DNA of 64,000 nucleotides, taken from positions 580,101 to 644,100 of the forward strand of contig NC_092677.1 of NCBI RefSeq assembly GCF_964355755.1. Reading direction: 5' to 3'. A model generated the notes under the pieces. That model had not been told where the DNA came from, did no database searches, and saw only the letters and a program-made list of their open reading frames with translations. Of the stretch, positions 48,810 through 61,589 are shown piece after piece. Origin of the DNA: Antedon mediterranea. Taxonomy: Eukaryota; Animalia; Echinodermata. The stretch's first letter is position 1. Every line of letters starts with the position of its first letter. The position numbers and the translations under genes are program-made.

Positions 48810-51800
48810 ATGTTATCAAAGCAGGATATTTATTTGCATCTCTTTCTTTTATGCTGTAAGTAATCGAATATGGTTCTATTTGTGCTTTGTTTTTTTTTTA
48901 TTTTGTAACATTACAAAGTTATTATAATACTGGAATACTTCTTCATTTTCTACATTGTTTTCTGCCTTTGATATTTTATTCGGACCCCAATGGAAACTAA
49001 TTCTTTTTCTTAGGATTAATTGGGTTGTTCTGAATTCATCACCAAATGTTTCTCCTTTGTTTTCTCTCTTATGTTTTTTCATTTGACTGTTTTTATGTAT
49101 GATATTTTTGATGTTTGGATTCTAAATAAAAACAAACAATATCATTCTGTACAGTAGTATAAAACACTTAAAAGTAAAAACAATCCCATTATTGTTTGAT
49201 GATGTTCTATTACTTTTTTGTTTAACAAATTCAGTCTTACGAAAATATGTTGCAGTAACAGTGACTGTTGATGACATAGATGTAGCTGAAGGATCTGAAG
49301 CAAGAATAACATGTAACATTGTACCAGCTAGCAGTGGAGCTGATCCTACTGTAACATGGTATAATGTTACCAATGGGGCAAATGATTTAATAGCCAATTA
49401 TCAGGGTGGATTTGGAACAGTAGAACCAGGTTACACTGACAGATTTAGTGTTGAAAATGACATTACTCTTGTAATTACCAACACTCTCAGAATTGACAGT
49501 GGAACATATCAATGTAGTGCAAATTTAGTTGGAGATAGTCCATCATCTGATAATGATATATGCACTCTGACTGTAAATTGTGAGTAAATCTTTTATTTTT
49601 TATCCATGGGTACGCTTACTTTAAAACTCAGTAGTGTCAGATTTTCAGAAAAAAATCTAATTACGAATAACTTTAATCCCACCTTTTTAATTTTAATTTT
49701 CTTTAGTTTTTTCTCATCTTTTTTCTGTTGATTGCTCAGCGCGTAGAGGCGTCCTGCATGTTGCGCTATAGTAAATTGAACATTATTATTATTATTATAT
49801 AACTTTGATAAGTACCATGGTTGAGGGGTAAAAGTTCATACTCCACTCAAATTCATCTGGATTCTTTCCTGTCTGAAAATTGTATTCAGTGATTTTATAA
49901 AGTGAGACAATTGTGTTAATATAAGATTAAACAATATTGTTTTTAACTCAAATGATCCCATTTTTAAATTGTACTATTTTTTGCCAAATACAGTAATATA
50001 GATTATTCTTAAATTTTATAGATTTGGATAAACCTAGAATTAGGTTTTCGACACTTGTAACTGAAGGAGATGAAGTTGTCATGACCTGTGTTGTGGATTC
50101 TAGTCCAGAAGCTATGTGCAACTTTATAAAAGATGGTGACGTACTACCACATGATGGTTCATGTACGTTTACAATTCCATCAGCCAGTCGTGCTGATGAT
50201 GGAAGTTATGAGTGCGAGGCGGATAATGGTGTTGGTAACAAACAAAAAAGTGACAATAGAAACCTAGAGGTACAATGTAAGTAGTTTGTGATGATTTGAT
50301 GTTAAGGTAAAATGATGATCAGATCTAAGTTTATAATTCTACAATACACTAAAATGGGCCGCCATGTGTGCTAATTAATGTAGGATTGCAAATGCCAATA
50401 AATAGATATCTACAATGTAGGCCTACACGTTTATAAGAATGGTGACATGACATAATTGTCACGTGGTGATTAAAATACATCAACAATCCATTAATCGCAG
50501 TAGCGAGTGGGACGCGGAAAAATGTTTATTTACCAAGACCAAATCTTATATAGGCGACATGGGTTACCTTACGGTTTAAACAAGGTTTAAACAAATTATT
50601 AATGTTATAGGTTTAAAACTGAACAATTAAACACACGACTTTTGGTTTTCAGATAAACCTGATGAGGATATTGCAAATGATCAGACTGTTCCTCCTGGTG
50701 AGACTTTTACAATAACATCTACTGTAACAGCTAATTCTTCTGACGTCACTTATTTGTGGACTACTGATCTTCCTGGAAATGAAGATTCTGTCAACTATCG
50801 ACCAACATTTACACTGAAAGTATCGGAAACAGAGGTTGATGGCACTATTTATTTAGTAAATATAACAGTTACAAACATCATTGGGTCAACAACGGATTCA
50901 GCTAATATCACAATATCTGGTAAGATTTTAAATGAAATGATATCCATGAGAAATATTTTAGCTTTATCTACTGGATACAACTGTGAATACCAGTGATTCT
51001 GAGATTGATCTAAATGTTATCTGCTAGCTTCATTTTTGGTATTAGGTGTTAACTTCATCAATTCATTTTTGTAAAATAATAAAGCAAACGATGGATGGAC
51101 TGGAATTGCATTTAACATGAGCAAGATTTATACAATAGTAGTTTAACTATAGATTGTTCATTAAAAAACAATTAAGTAGTTGATGTATCGATTTGTTAAC
51201 TATAAGTAATAATTATTTTAATTGCATAGCAAGTATTACTAATAATTGAGGTAATTTATACTGTACAAACGACTTAAACATAAAAACAGTCGTTTAGGAG
51301 TATGGAAATGTATACTACTGTATTATGCTATGGATGTATTAGTTCCTTCAACTTAGTTCATTTAAATTTTTCCTAAAACTATTTCAGTAATTATGACTGT
51401 TGTTATGAGTTCTTTATTTAATTATAAATGTCATTTCATATTAATGTTTGTGTTAAGGTACAGAGTAACAATTTATATTTTCCATGATCAACTGCAATGC
51501 AATTAAAAAAAAAACACCCAGTTTTTAATTAGAATATAAAAATCACCATATTAAGCACCAGTAAGATAACCATTATGAAATCATGCCACTGATGCGCTGA
51601 GCAGGCCTACTACAAACTTGTTTCATTTAGTTGATGAGCGTTTGCGTGTTTTCGGTTAAAAATAGCATTAAGTCAACAGTTTCAGTCAAAACCACGTCTA
51701 TACCAATTACAAGTAAGCGTCGTTTAATTAATGAATTTGTGTTTTAGATATTCAGTACTGGAGTTTCATACAAACGACATTGGCTCATATTCTACAATAC

Positions 51801-52617
51801 CAGATTTTACTACAATTTAATTTCAATATCAATATACACCCGTTATGTGCACTTATTAAAATAAACAAATCATATAAAATACATTGATAGATTAGGACTG
51901 TAATATGCTAACAAAAAACATTTTCCTTCAGAGACAACAGCCGAGTCATGTAATGATACTACTGGTCTGACCATCGGGATGTTCTTTGTTGGCATCATAC
52001 TTGGTGTCTTAGGATTTTACATTGCAGAAATTACTCACAACAAGATAAAGAAGGTTGGTAAAATGCAGTATGAATATTATACTTATATAACCTTTATAAT
52101 TTTCGAACTATTCATGCTGACAGTGGCAAAAATAATTCAATTGATGGACTACATTCTACTAAAATAAAATGTCCAACCTTATTGCACAAAATATAATTGA
52201 AAAACATACAGTAGTGTATACAGAGTAATAATAACTTTATATTAATCTAATAGAAGTCGCTATCAAAGGAACAAGACGCAGAGAAAAGGAAACAAGATGT
52301 AAGTATCGATACAATCTATAAAGAGGACAAACCAACGACTGGTAATCCGATTGAAAATATTATGATTGTGCATACTATAGTTACTTTTAGTACGATTGCC
52401 ACAAGTTATTGGATTGTGAGTTTATTGCTTATTTACTACATTGTATAATAGTTTCTAATATTACCGGTAGCAATCCTTTGCTTTTTAACAGACTTACATG
52501 GATTATGTAGTAGACACTGGCGAGCAAACCCAAACCTATCAAGATTTACAACATAAAGAAGAAGAGTCAGCTTATGTTAATCTTAACGCTGTGAATAAGC
52601 AAAAGGGAAAAGTATGA
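48810..52617 (+). CDS. IgSF type I membrane receptor copy 3, 7 exons, 401 aa, tail with consensus ITAM spacing
   Basis: Exons 48810-48855, 49235-49579, 50022-50276, 50653-50919, 51932-52053, 52254-52298, 52492-52617; same lengths and phases as copy 2; tail TYMDYVVDTGEQTQTYQDLQHKEEESAYVNLNAVNKQKGKV*. Confidence 0.88.
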
Positions 52618-54492
52618 ACTATTAAGAAATGAACTAAAAGCATAAATCAATAGATATAAGCTTTTAAGGACTGTGTTTAATAAAGTAAATGTAAATGTAT
52701 GTATAGCGCATTCCACAAACTATGCCCTCTTTTGTTTATATTGTTATCTTTATTTGCTACATTTTATATTTTTCAAATTCAAATATTCTTTATTCATCCT
52801 CAATCATGAAAATATACAACAACAATATATGAGAACATAAAAAAGATGAAAAGGAAACACATACAAACTCAAAAGAGCTTGATTAGTTGTGTCCCCCTAT
52901 GTCCCTAACTAGCCTAAAAAACTAAAACATAAATAATAAAAAAAGCTAAATCCTGCAACAAGTATTTTTAAAATTATTTGTAAAATGATAAATGTTCTTT
53001 AAACAATGATTTAAATATATATATTGATTTGGTACTTTGTAGTTCGTAATTCAAGTCATTCCACAATTTGGGTCCCACACATGACACAGTAAAACTAGTA
53101 GAAGTACGATTACGTTTTCTGAGTCTCATTTTGTCTTTAGATCTTGTATTATAATTATGGTAAGAACCATTTTTAATAAAGAGCGATGAAAAACGCACGT
53201 CCTGATTAGTAGTAACATTATACATGAAAAGCCCAATTTGGTACTTATTGATATCCGCAATTTTAAGAAGTTTAAATTTATAGAAACATTCAGTCATTGA
53301 ATCATTAAACTTTGACCATGTTATAGCTCGTAATGCCCTTTTCTGGAGTTTAAATAAATAACAACAATATATGAGAACATAAAAAAGATGAAAAGGAAAC
53401 AAATAAAAACTCAAAAGAGCTTGATTAGTTGTGTCCCCCTAAGTCCCTAACTAGCCTAAAAAACTAAAACATAAATAATAAAAAAAAGCTAAATCCTGCA
53501 ACAAGTATTATTTTAAAATTATTTGTAAAATGATAATAAATGTTCTTTAAACAATGATTTAAATATATATATTGATTTGGTACTTTGTAGTTCGTAATTC
53601 AAGTCATTCCACAATTTGGGTCCCACACATGACACAGTAAAACTAGTAGAAGTACGATTACGTTTTCTGAGTTTCATTTTGTCTTTATATCTTGTATTAT
53701 AATTATGGTAAGAACCATTTTTAATAAAGAGCGATGAAAAACGCACGTCCTGATTAGTAGTAACATTATACATGAAAAGCCCAATTTGGTACTTATTGAT
53801 ATCCGCAATTTTAAGAAGTTTAAATTTATAGAAACATTCAGTCATTGAATCATTAAACTTTGACCATGTTATAGCTCGTAATGCCCTTTTCTGGAGTTTA
53901 AATAACTCGTCTAAATAACTTGGAAATGTGCTACACCATATTATGTTGCAATAATTTAATACTGGTTCAATGAGTGATTTGTATATTGTCCAGAGAGCAT
54001 AGGTTGGTAAAAAATGTCTTACTTTATATAGTATGCCTACATATCGAGATATTTTCCTAGCTGTAACATTGATGTGGTTCTTATGTGAGAAATTCATCAA
54101 TATGTACTCCAAGGAATTTAGTCGATTTAACTCTACCTATTCTTTTATTGTTGACATAAATATTTACATTCTCTAAATTACTTGGATTTCGCTGATTGCG
54201 GAAAATTATGTAATTAGTTTTTTTAACGTTGATTGATAGTTTATTGCACATGAACCAATCCGAAACATTTTTTAGTTCACCATTAACTAGTTCTATGAGA
54301 TAGAGGGCGCACTAGCGGTGGTTGGTCGTGTTTGTGATTTCGTAGTCTGGAGATCTTTTTACTATCATAATTTTTACACTTTTCGATCGCAAGTATTTAA
54401 AAAACATAACGCTATTTGCTCTTTAGTATTATTGCTTGACGGATTCATAGAAAATAAGCCTTTTTGTTCAAGGATTGTTGTGATTTTTAAGG

Positions 54493-55353
54493 ATGGCTAG
54501 TGGAGGCTATATTGGAGGTGGTGGTAGGCCTAAGTCTAAGACAGCTCGTAAGCTTAGGTCGGCGTTAACCCCAGCGGGGGATGATTCGATACCTCATCTA
54601 GGCCTATGTGGTAGTTGTAGTAAAGCTGTTGATAATCAATCAGTAACGTGTGGCATGTGTGGGTTTTGTTTTCATTGTTCATGTCAAGACGTAGGAAAGT
54701 CTTTATTTGATGTTATTTCATCTGGTGAACAGGGCCTTCATTGGTATTGTCGTACCTGTAATAAGTCTGCTTATGGTTTTTTGAAAGCGTTGTCGACGAT
54801 CGGTAAAACACAAGAAAATATTCTCAAAGACATAAAACGTATAGATGAAACTATCACACGAAATTCAAGTGATATTGCTGATCTCAAGGCTAAGGATTCA
54901 ACTGATAAGATTGATTTGTTAACAGCAATAAATGAGAGATTTGAAGATGAAGCTGAGAAGGAAAGAAGAAGGTGTAACCTAATGTTATATAATATTGAGG
55001 AAAATACAAGTAGTGATCCCATGATCCGGAAACAACATGACGTATCTGTTATCCGTTCTTTTTGTAACGGTTCAGTTGATATCGACGCCGAAATGAAAGT
55101 TATCTATCGTGTTGGAAAAGCTGAGAAGGATGTTAAGAGGCCTTTGAAATTAGTTTTCAGAAAGGAGTCTATTAAACGTCAAGTTTTTTCTTTAGCATTT
55201 CAAAAGGGTTTTGCTGTTAGTAATGATAGAACCATGAAAGAAAGAGAAGCATTCACTAAGTTAAAAGGTGAATTAAAAACGCGATTAGATGCAGGTGAGA
55301 AAGACATAGTTATCCGAAGTGGGAAGATTGTGAAGCTTTTTCGTTCCCAATAA
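54493..55353 (+). CDS. CR1 ORF1 protein (PHD finger, coiled coil, RRM-like C-terminal region), 286 aa
   Basis: CGSC..CGMCGFCFHCSC..WYCRTC; ERRRCNLMLYNIEE..RVGK..RPLKLVF..NDRT..ER. Confidence 0.85.
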   Translation: MASGGYIGGGGRPKSKTARKLRSALTPAGDDSIPHLGLCGSCSKAVDNQSVTCGMCGFCFHCSCQDVGKSLFDVISSGEQGLHWYCRTCNKSAYGFLKALSTIGKTQENILKDIKRIDETITRNSSDIADLKAKDSTDKIDLLTAINERFEDEAEKERRRCNLMLYNIEENTSSDPMIRKQHDVSVIRSFCNGSVDIDAEMKVIYRVGKAEKDVKRPLKLVFRKESIKRQVFSLAFQKGFAVSNDRTMKEREAFTKLKGELKTRLDAGEKDIVIRSGKIVKLFRSQ

Positions 55354-58265
55354 AGAAAATAAAAACAGAAAGTTCTCTAATTTAAAAGAAAGTACGTTTT
55401 CCAATCAGAAATTTAACTTTTGGTACTCAAATTGTGATGGTTTTCTAAATAAGAAGTCAGAGTTACTTTCCCGTTTGGTTTCAGAAAAAGTTGATTTTAT
55501 TGCATTGACAGAGATTTTACCAAAGCATTGTTTGTACCCGCCACTGATAAATGAATTTCGTGTCCAAGGTTACCAAGCATTTTTTTCGAATGAGGATTTT
55601 ACTTCTGGTCGTGGTGTTTTAATTTATGTCAGAAATGGAATTTCAGTTTCTCAAATTTTCTTTAAGAAGAATAAGTTTGTAGAGTCAGTTTGGGTTAGAG
55701 TAAAAGAAGTAAAAACGGATCTTTTATTAGGTTGTGTTTACCGTAGCCCGACTTGTAGTATGGATAATAATATCAAGCTGAACTCATTGTTCCGTGAAGT
55801 ATATAAATCATCTTTTTCTGATTTAATCGTTGTCGGCGATTTTAACTATAAAAGTATTAACTGGGAATTAAATTGTGTGTCTTCGGAAGATGGAGATTCC
55901 AGCAGAAGTTTCTTTGACACCATCAACGATCTATTTTTAATTCAACACGTTATGGAACCTACTAGATACAGAGAAGGCGAAACACCCAATGTTTTGGATC
56001 TGGTTTTTACAGACAAAGAGAATACTATAAATGGCATTATGCAGTCTCCACCACTGGGTAAAAGCGACCATATGATGTTACAATTTTCTTGTAAAGGATG
56101 ACAGAATTGAACCAAATATTCGAAGTTACAGGCATGGTAACTATGATTTGCTGCGCGAGAAAATTGGTTTGGTAGATTGGGATGTGGTTTTCAATGACAA
56201 ATCAGGTATTCAATCGTGGGACGAATTCGAGCATATTCTTGCGAAGAATATTGATGAGTGTATCCCGATGAGGAAGGTTTGCCACGGAAGAAAACCTCTT
56301 TGGATGAACAAAAAAATTGAAAAGCAGATTGCCAAAAAAAATAAATGTTGGAAACAGTATGTAAAGGCCAAGAGAAAACAAAAAGTATGTGTGTCAGCAA
56401 AATGGTCGAAGTTTGTCCAAGTAAGAAATCAAACAGTAGATCTGATTCGATGTAGTAAATCTGACTTCGAAAATAAAATAGCAATTGAGATCAAATCTAA
56501 TGAAAAGTCTTTTTGGAGGTATCTCAGTTCTCAGATCAATATAAAGTCTGGTATACCCAACTTAACTGATAGTAATGGAGGCATGTGTCTGATGACAAGG
56601 ATAAGGCTGAGTTGCTAAACACGTTTTTTAGTAGTGTATTTGTCGATGAAAATTTTTCGAATGTACCGGCTGTTGATGACATTTCAGAGGATTTTTTTAT
56701 CTCAAGTTGACTTTCCTTGTGACGAAATCTTAAATATTTTATCAACGTTGAATATTACTAAAACAGCTGGACCTGATGGTATTCACCCACGCATCTTAGT
56801 CGAACTAAAGGATATCATTTGCTACCCCCTCCATATTATTTTTACGAAATTGTTTCAAGAAGGAGCCGTCCCTAATAGTTGGAAACGGGCTACAGTGGTA
56901 CCGATTTTTAAAAAAGGAGTGAAGTCTGACCCAAGCAACTATAGACCTGTGAGTTTAACTTCGGTAGTTGGTAAAATTATGGAGAGAATTATCAGGAAGG
57001 AATTATTGGACTTTCTTGAACATCACTCACTTATTTGTTATGAGCAATTTGGTTTCCGGCAAGGTCGTTCCTGTGCTTTACAATTACTTGATGTTCTTGA
57101 AAACTGGTTTTCTTATTTTGATAATCAGGATTGTTTTGATTGTATCTACCTTGACTACAAGAAGGCTTTCGATAGTGTGCCTCATCATAGACTCCTTCTG
57201 AAAATGAGTGCATTGGGTATTAGAGGTAAACTTCTAAACTGGTTTCAAGAATTTCTTAACGATAGACAACAACGGGTTAGTGTCAATGGATGTGTTTCAG
57301 ATTGGGCTGATGTTCGTAGTGGTATCCCGCAAGGAAGCGACGTTGGACCTGTTCTTTTCATTATGTTTATAAATGATTTACCTTCTGTTATTTCTTCCTC
57401 TGTACGCATGTTTGCAGATGATACTAAATTGTATAGAGTAGTTAACACTGTGAATGATGCTCAAGTCCTACAAGAAGATTTAGAGAAAGCATGTGACTGG
57501 TCTGACAAATGGCAATTACCTTTTAACGAGGGTAAGTGCAAAGTAATGCACTTTGGGATGAAAAACAACAAACATCTGTATGCCATGCGTGGTTTCTTAT
57601 TGAATGAAGTTGATCATGAAAAAGACCTCGGTGTTACTATTGACTCTAAACTTGTTTTTAATGTACATGTGGCAGATGTAGCAATGAGAGCAAATCGGAA
57701 GTTGGGCATGGTATATCGAGCTTTCAAGTTTTTAAATATGGATGGGTTTCTTCGTTTATATAAAGCTATTATTCGTCCGACCTTGGAATACTGCAACGTT
57801 GTTTTTAACTCGCTACATTGTAAGGAGGAAGACCTATTGGAAAAAGTCCAAGAACGTGCCACCAAGCTTATTTTTTCCATTCGTCATTTACCTTATTCAG
57901 AAAGGCTGAAAATTCTCAACCTACCTACTCTCGCATACAGAAGGCAAAAAGCTCATTTGATACAGATTTTTAAAATTTTACATGGAGTGGATAGTATTTC
58001 TGCTGATTCTTTTTTTGAGCGTGATGAAGATGTTAGAACACGTGGTCATTCTTTTAAATTAAAATTTAAGTTCTCACGCACAAATTGGATGAGGGACTCA
58101 TTTGGTCGAAAAGCTATTATATTATGGAATTCGTTATCGGAGGATGTAGTAGCTTCAAGATCAACCAATCAATTTAAGTCCGGTCTTGAACGGGCATGGT
58201 CCAACCACCCTCTTAAATTTGCGCCATATTCAAGAGTTGATATAATTATCAAGAGGGGCTTATAG
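55354..58265 (+). pseudogene. CR1 ORF2 (APE + RT), broken by a stop at 56099 and a frameshift near 56590
   Basis: ALTEI, VYRSP, VGDFN, LDLVFT, SDH; GPDGI, NYRPVSLTS, DYKKAFD, PQGS, FADDTK. Confidence 0.9.
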
Positions 58266-58508
58266 GCATAGCCTAGCCTCGACTCCGGACCCAGCATTGC
58301 TGAGCTCCGGAAACAAGTAAACAAGCAAGTAAGTAAACAAGTAAATGAGCGTATCCAAGTTTTCGTGAGATGCAGATATGTTTGTGTCGTCAGCAAATAA
58401 AACAAAAGATAACGAGTTTGAGCAATTAAATACATCGTTAATGTACAAAATAAAAAGTAGAGGCCCCAGAATTGAACCCTGTGGTACACCGCAATTTATA
58501 TCCATCAA

Positions 58509-61362
58509 ATTCAATTCACATTTATTTACTCATCGTTTATAAATACAGTTTCATAGCATAAATGATGGCAAGGATCCTGCATAGAGAAGTTTACACTTCT
58601 GTTTTTGCAGGACACTTTTACATAAAACAATAAACACAACATAATAGATACAAAATAAAAAAAAAACATTTCCTATATACATTTTAGAGTTGTTCATCAT
58701 CAAAAAGCGATACTGTTTTTCTAACATGATTATTTATACATTTTGTCTTAAAAAAGAAGATATTCAGTTTATTACTTCCAGTATACATGTGGATTCTTTC
58801 TATATATATTATAGCAAAAGTATGAATACATATAATATAAAACAGGCTATGTGTGTACACTTGCACACACCAACACAAATGCATAATATATGCATCTATA
58901 TTTTATGAGTGAAGCATTTTAAGTTCTGTAATTCGATAAAATGTCTCTTTTTACATATTTTTTTAGTATTTTATAATTTTTGTTAACAATATCTAAGTGA
59001 TTTCTACAGAGCTCGTTCCATAGTTTTGGTCCGTGAATACTGATAAAATGTTGACCAGACGTTAACCTAGAGTATGGTTGTTTTACGCTACAAATATTTC
59101 GAAGATTATGGGTAGTATTTTCGTTTCTTTTGAATATCATTTGGATTCGTCTGGGTAAAACATTGCTTTTAATCTGGGCCATGAAACCTAGGACGGTAAC
59201 TCTGTTGATATCTTGTATGTTAAGTATATTTAATTGCTTAAACAGTGGCTCAGAATGTTGCCATGGCTTTTTAAATAAAATTATTCTAGCAGCCTTTTTC
59301 TGGAGTTTAAGAAGGGATTCTAGTGTACTATCATATGTACTGCCCCAAATAATGTTTCCATACTGAAGGTGCGGTAGAATTAATGTATTATACAAATTTG
59401 TTAAAATATAATTAGGAAAAAAATGTCTAGTTTTTATCAATATTCCAATAGACCTAGCGGTTTTTTTGCTAATAAGCCTTATATGATTTTTCCAGCAAAG
59501 GTTCTCATTTATTACAACCCCAAGAAATGTTAAATTTTTTTGTTGTTCTAAAGTAATGTTATTCATTTTCAATTCAATGTTGGTTGTAATAATACGCCTT
59601 TGGGCAGTTTTAAAGATTACGTAATTTGTTTTGCTGGTGTTTAATAAAAGTTTATTAGCTTTGAACCACATATTAATTCTATCTAGTTCCACATTCATAG
59701 TGTTTGCCAATGCGTTCAGGTTTTTTCCACACTTGAATCCTGTTGTATCATCGGCAAAGCTAATTAATTCAATTTGTGTACTTGAGTTACATATATCGTT
59801 TACATATACAAGAAACAACAAAGGTCCCAAAACGGACCCTTGTGGAACACCAATACTAGTCTCCGTAATATTAGACGAAGTACCATTTATAAAAACATAT
59901 TGCTTTCGTGATTTTAAGTAGTTACTGAACCATTTTAGTGTAACACCTCTTATACCATAGTGGAATAGCTTGTTCAGTAATATACTGTGGTCAATAATAT
60001 CAAATGTCTTTGACAGATCCATAAATGTGGCAATTACGAACTCTTTGTTTTCAAATGCCTTTAGTATTTTGTGGATCAGATCAATTATAGCGTGGGAGGT
60101 TGAATGATTGTTTCGGAAGCCGTATTGCCAATCATTTAGTATATTGTAAGTTTTAAAGTAATTATACAATCTGGAATGGACTATCTTTTCAAAGATTTTA
60201 GAGAAAATTGGTAGTAGTGATATCGGGCGATAATTCGAGGCTAAATGACGGTCCCCTTTTTTGTATATGGGAATTACTTTTGCAATTTTTATCTGTTCCG
60301 GTATTGAGCCGGAGTGAAGAGATACGTTAAATATATAAGTCAAGGGCTTTACAATAGCATCACCAACTGCCTTGACTAACTTTGGTGAAATATCATCAAA
60401 ACCAGGTGTTTTGTTTGCATCAAGTGATTGAATCACTTTTAACACTTCCTCCTCATTTACATGGTAGAAAAACATAGAGTTACTTTGCCTGTTTAGCAGG
60501 TAATCAGAGTATTGTGCCGTTGATGGCTCAATACTGTCTCGTACCTTGAGACCAACATTAATAAAATAATCGTTAATGTGGTTTGCAATAGGCTCACAAC
60601 CCTCTATGAGTTTGTCACCAGATGTAAAAGTGGATGGAACATTATTTTTGCCTCCACCTGGATTTATAATATCATTTATAATATTCCATGTTTTTTTTTT
60701 ATTTCCTTTAGTATTGTTAAAAACATTTTCATAATATGATTTCTTTGCCTTTTTGCATGTACGCATAAATGACTTATTAAACTCTTTATAAATATCCTTA
60801 TTTTTAGACGAGGGATGTTTTATAAATTTGTTGTACAACACATGTTTTCTTTTGCTAGACTTTAAGAGTCTTGAGCTCATCCATGGTTGTTTGAACTTTT
60901 TATACTTTTTGTGATTTTCTTGAACTTTTTTTTTTTCAAGTTTTTATTATATAATTTTTTGAAAGTGTTGATAAAAGCATTGTAAGCATCATCAGCGTTT
61001 GTCCTTACATATACATCAGCCCAATCAACAGGTAATAAGTCATTATATAGTTTATTTATATTTCTTTCGTTTATTGCATATTTATGAGGTTCTATATTAC
61101 CGGTTTTTACTTTAATATGTTTGTCGGGCACGGAGTGGATAATTTGGTATACCGGTAAATGATCAGATATGTCTGAGATTAGTATACCAGATAACATTTG
61201 TTCAGAAAGTGTATTGGAGAAAATGTTATCAATTAATGAAGATGTGTTGTTTTGTATTCTAGTGGGTCTTGAAATCGATGGGTAGTAGGAATGCGACATC
61301 ATTACTTCTAGAAAATTATTTACAAAATCAGTCGATGCATGCTTAAGTAAATTAATGTTAAA
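58509..61362 (-). mobile_element. 5'-truncated copy of LINE family A (653-aa RT ORF 58919-60880) inserted into family B
   Basis: Near-identical to 33385-35692 + 39056-39610; complete 3' tail; 5' end lies within the endonuclease. Confidence 0.92.
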
Positions 61363-61589
61363 CACGAACTTGTGTTATCAATAGACGTAAATTGTTTCCT
61401 TCCACTAATATAGTTTCTAAACCATTTAAGAGCCGTGCCTGTTATGCCATAGTGTTCCAATTTTTTAAGAAGTATATCATGGTTGATGGTGTCAAACGCT
61501 TTTGACAAATCAATAAATATTCCGATGGTATTTTTTTTCTTATCAAGCGCATCGGTTATTCGTTCAACCAGATCTATAACGGCCATAAA

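Larger units (their letters stand above)
54300..58344 (+). mobile_element. Full-length CR1 LINE (family C) with a 5-bp TSD (ATGAG)
   Basis: ATGAG at 54295-54299 and 58345-58349; ORF1 + ORF2; (AAACAAGT)n-type tail; CR1 C-terminus TRGHSFKL...WNSL..VV.....FK..L. Confidence 0.93.
52770..61586 (-). mobile_element. Crack/L2-like LINE family B (RT to 3' end), split into three pieces by later insertions, with a duplicated 3' end
   Basis: Pieces join in frame: 61586-61363 (DLSKAFD...DNTSSC), 58508-58345 (LMDINCGVPQGSILGP..FADDT..DTLI), 54299-53400 (ELVNGELKNVSDWF...GPKLWN); about 550 bp of the 3' end are repeated at 52775-53355. Confidence 0.88.
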
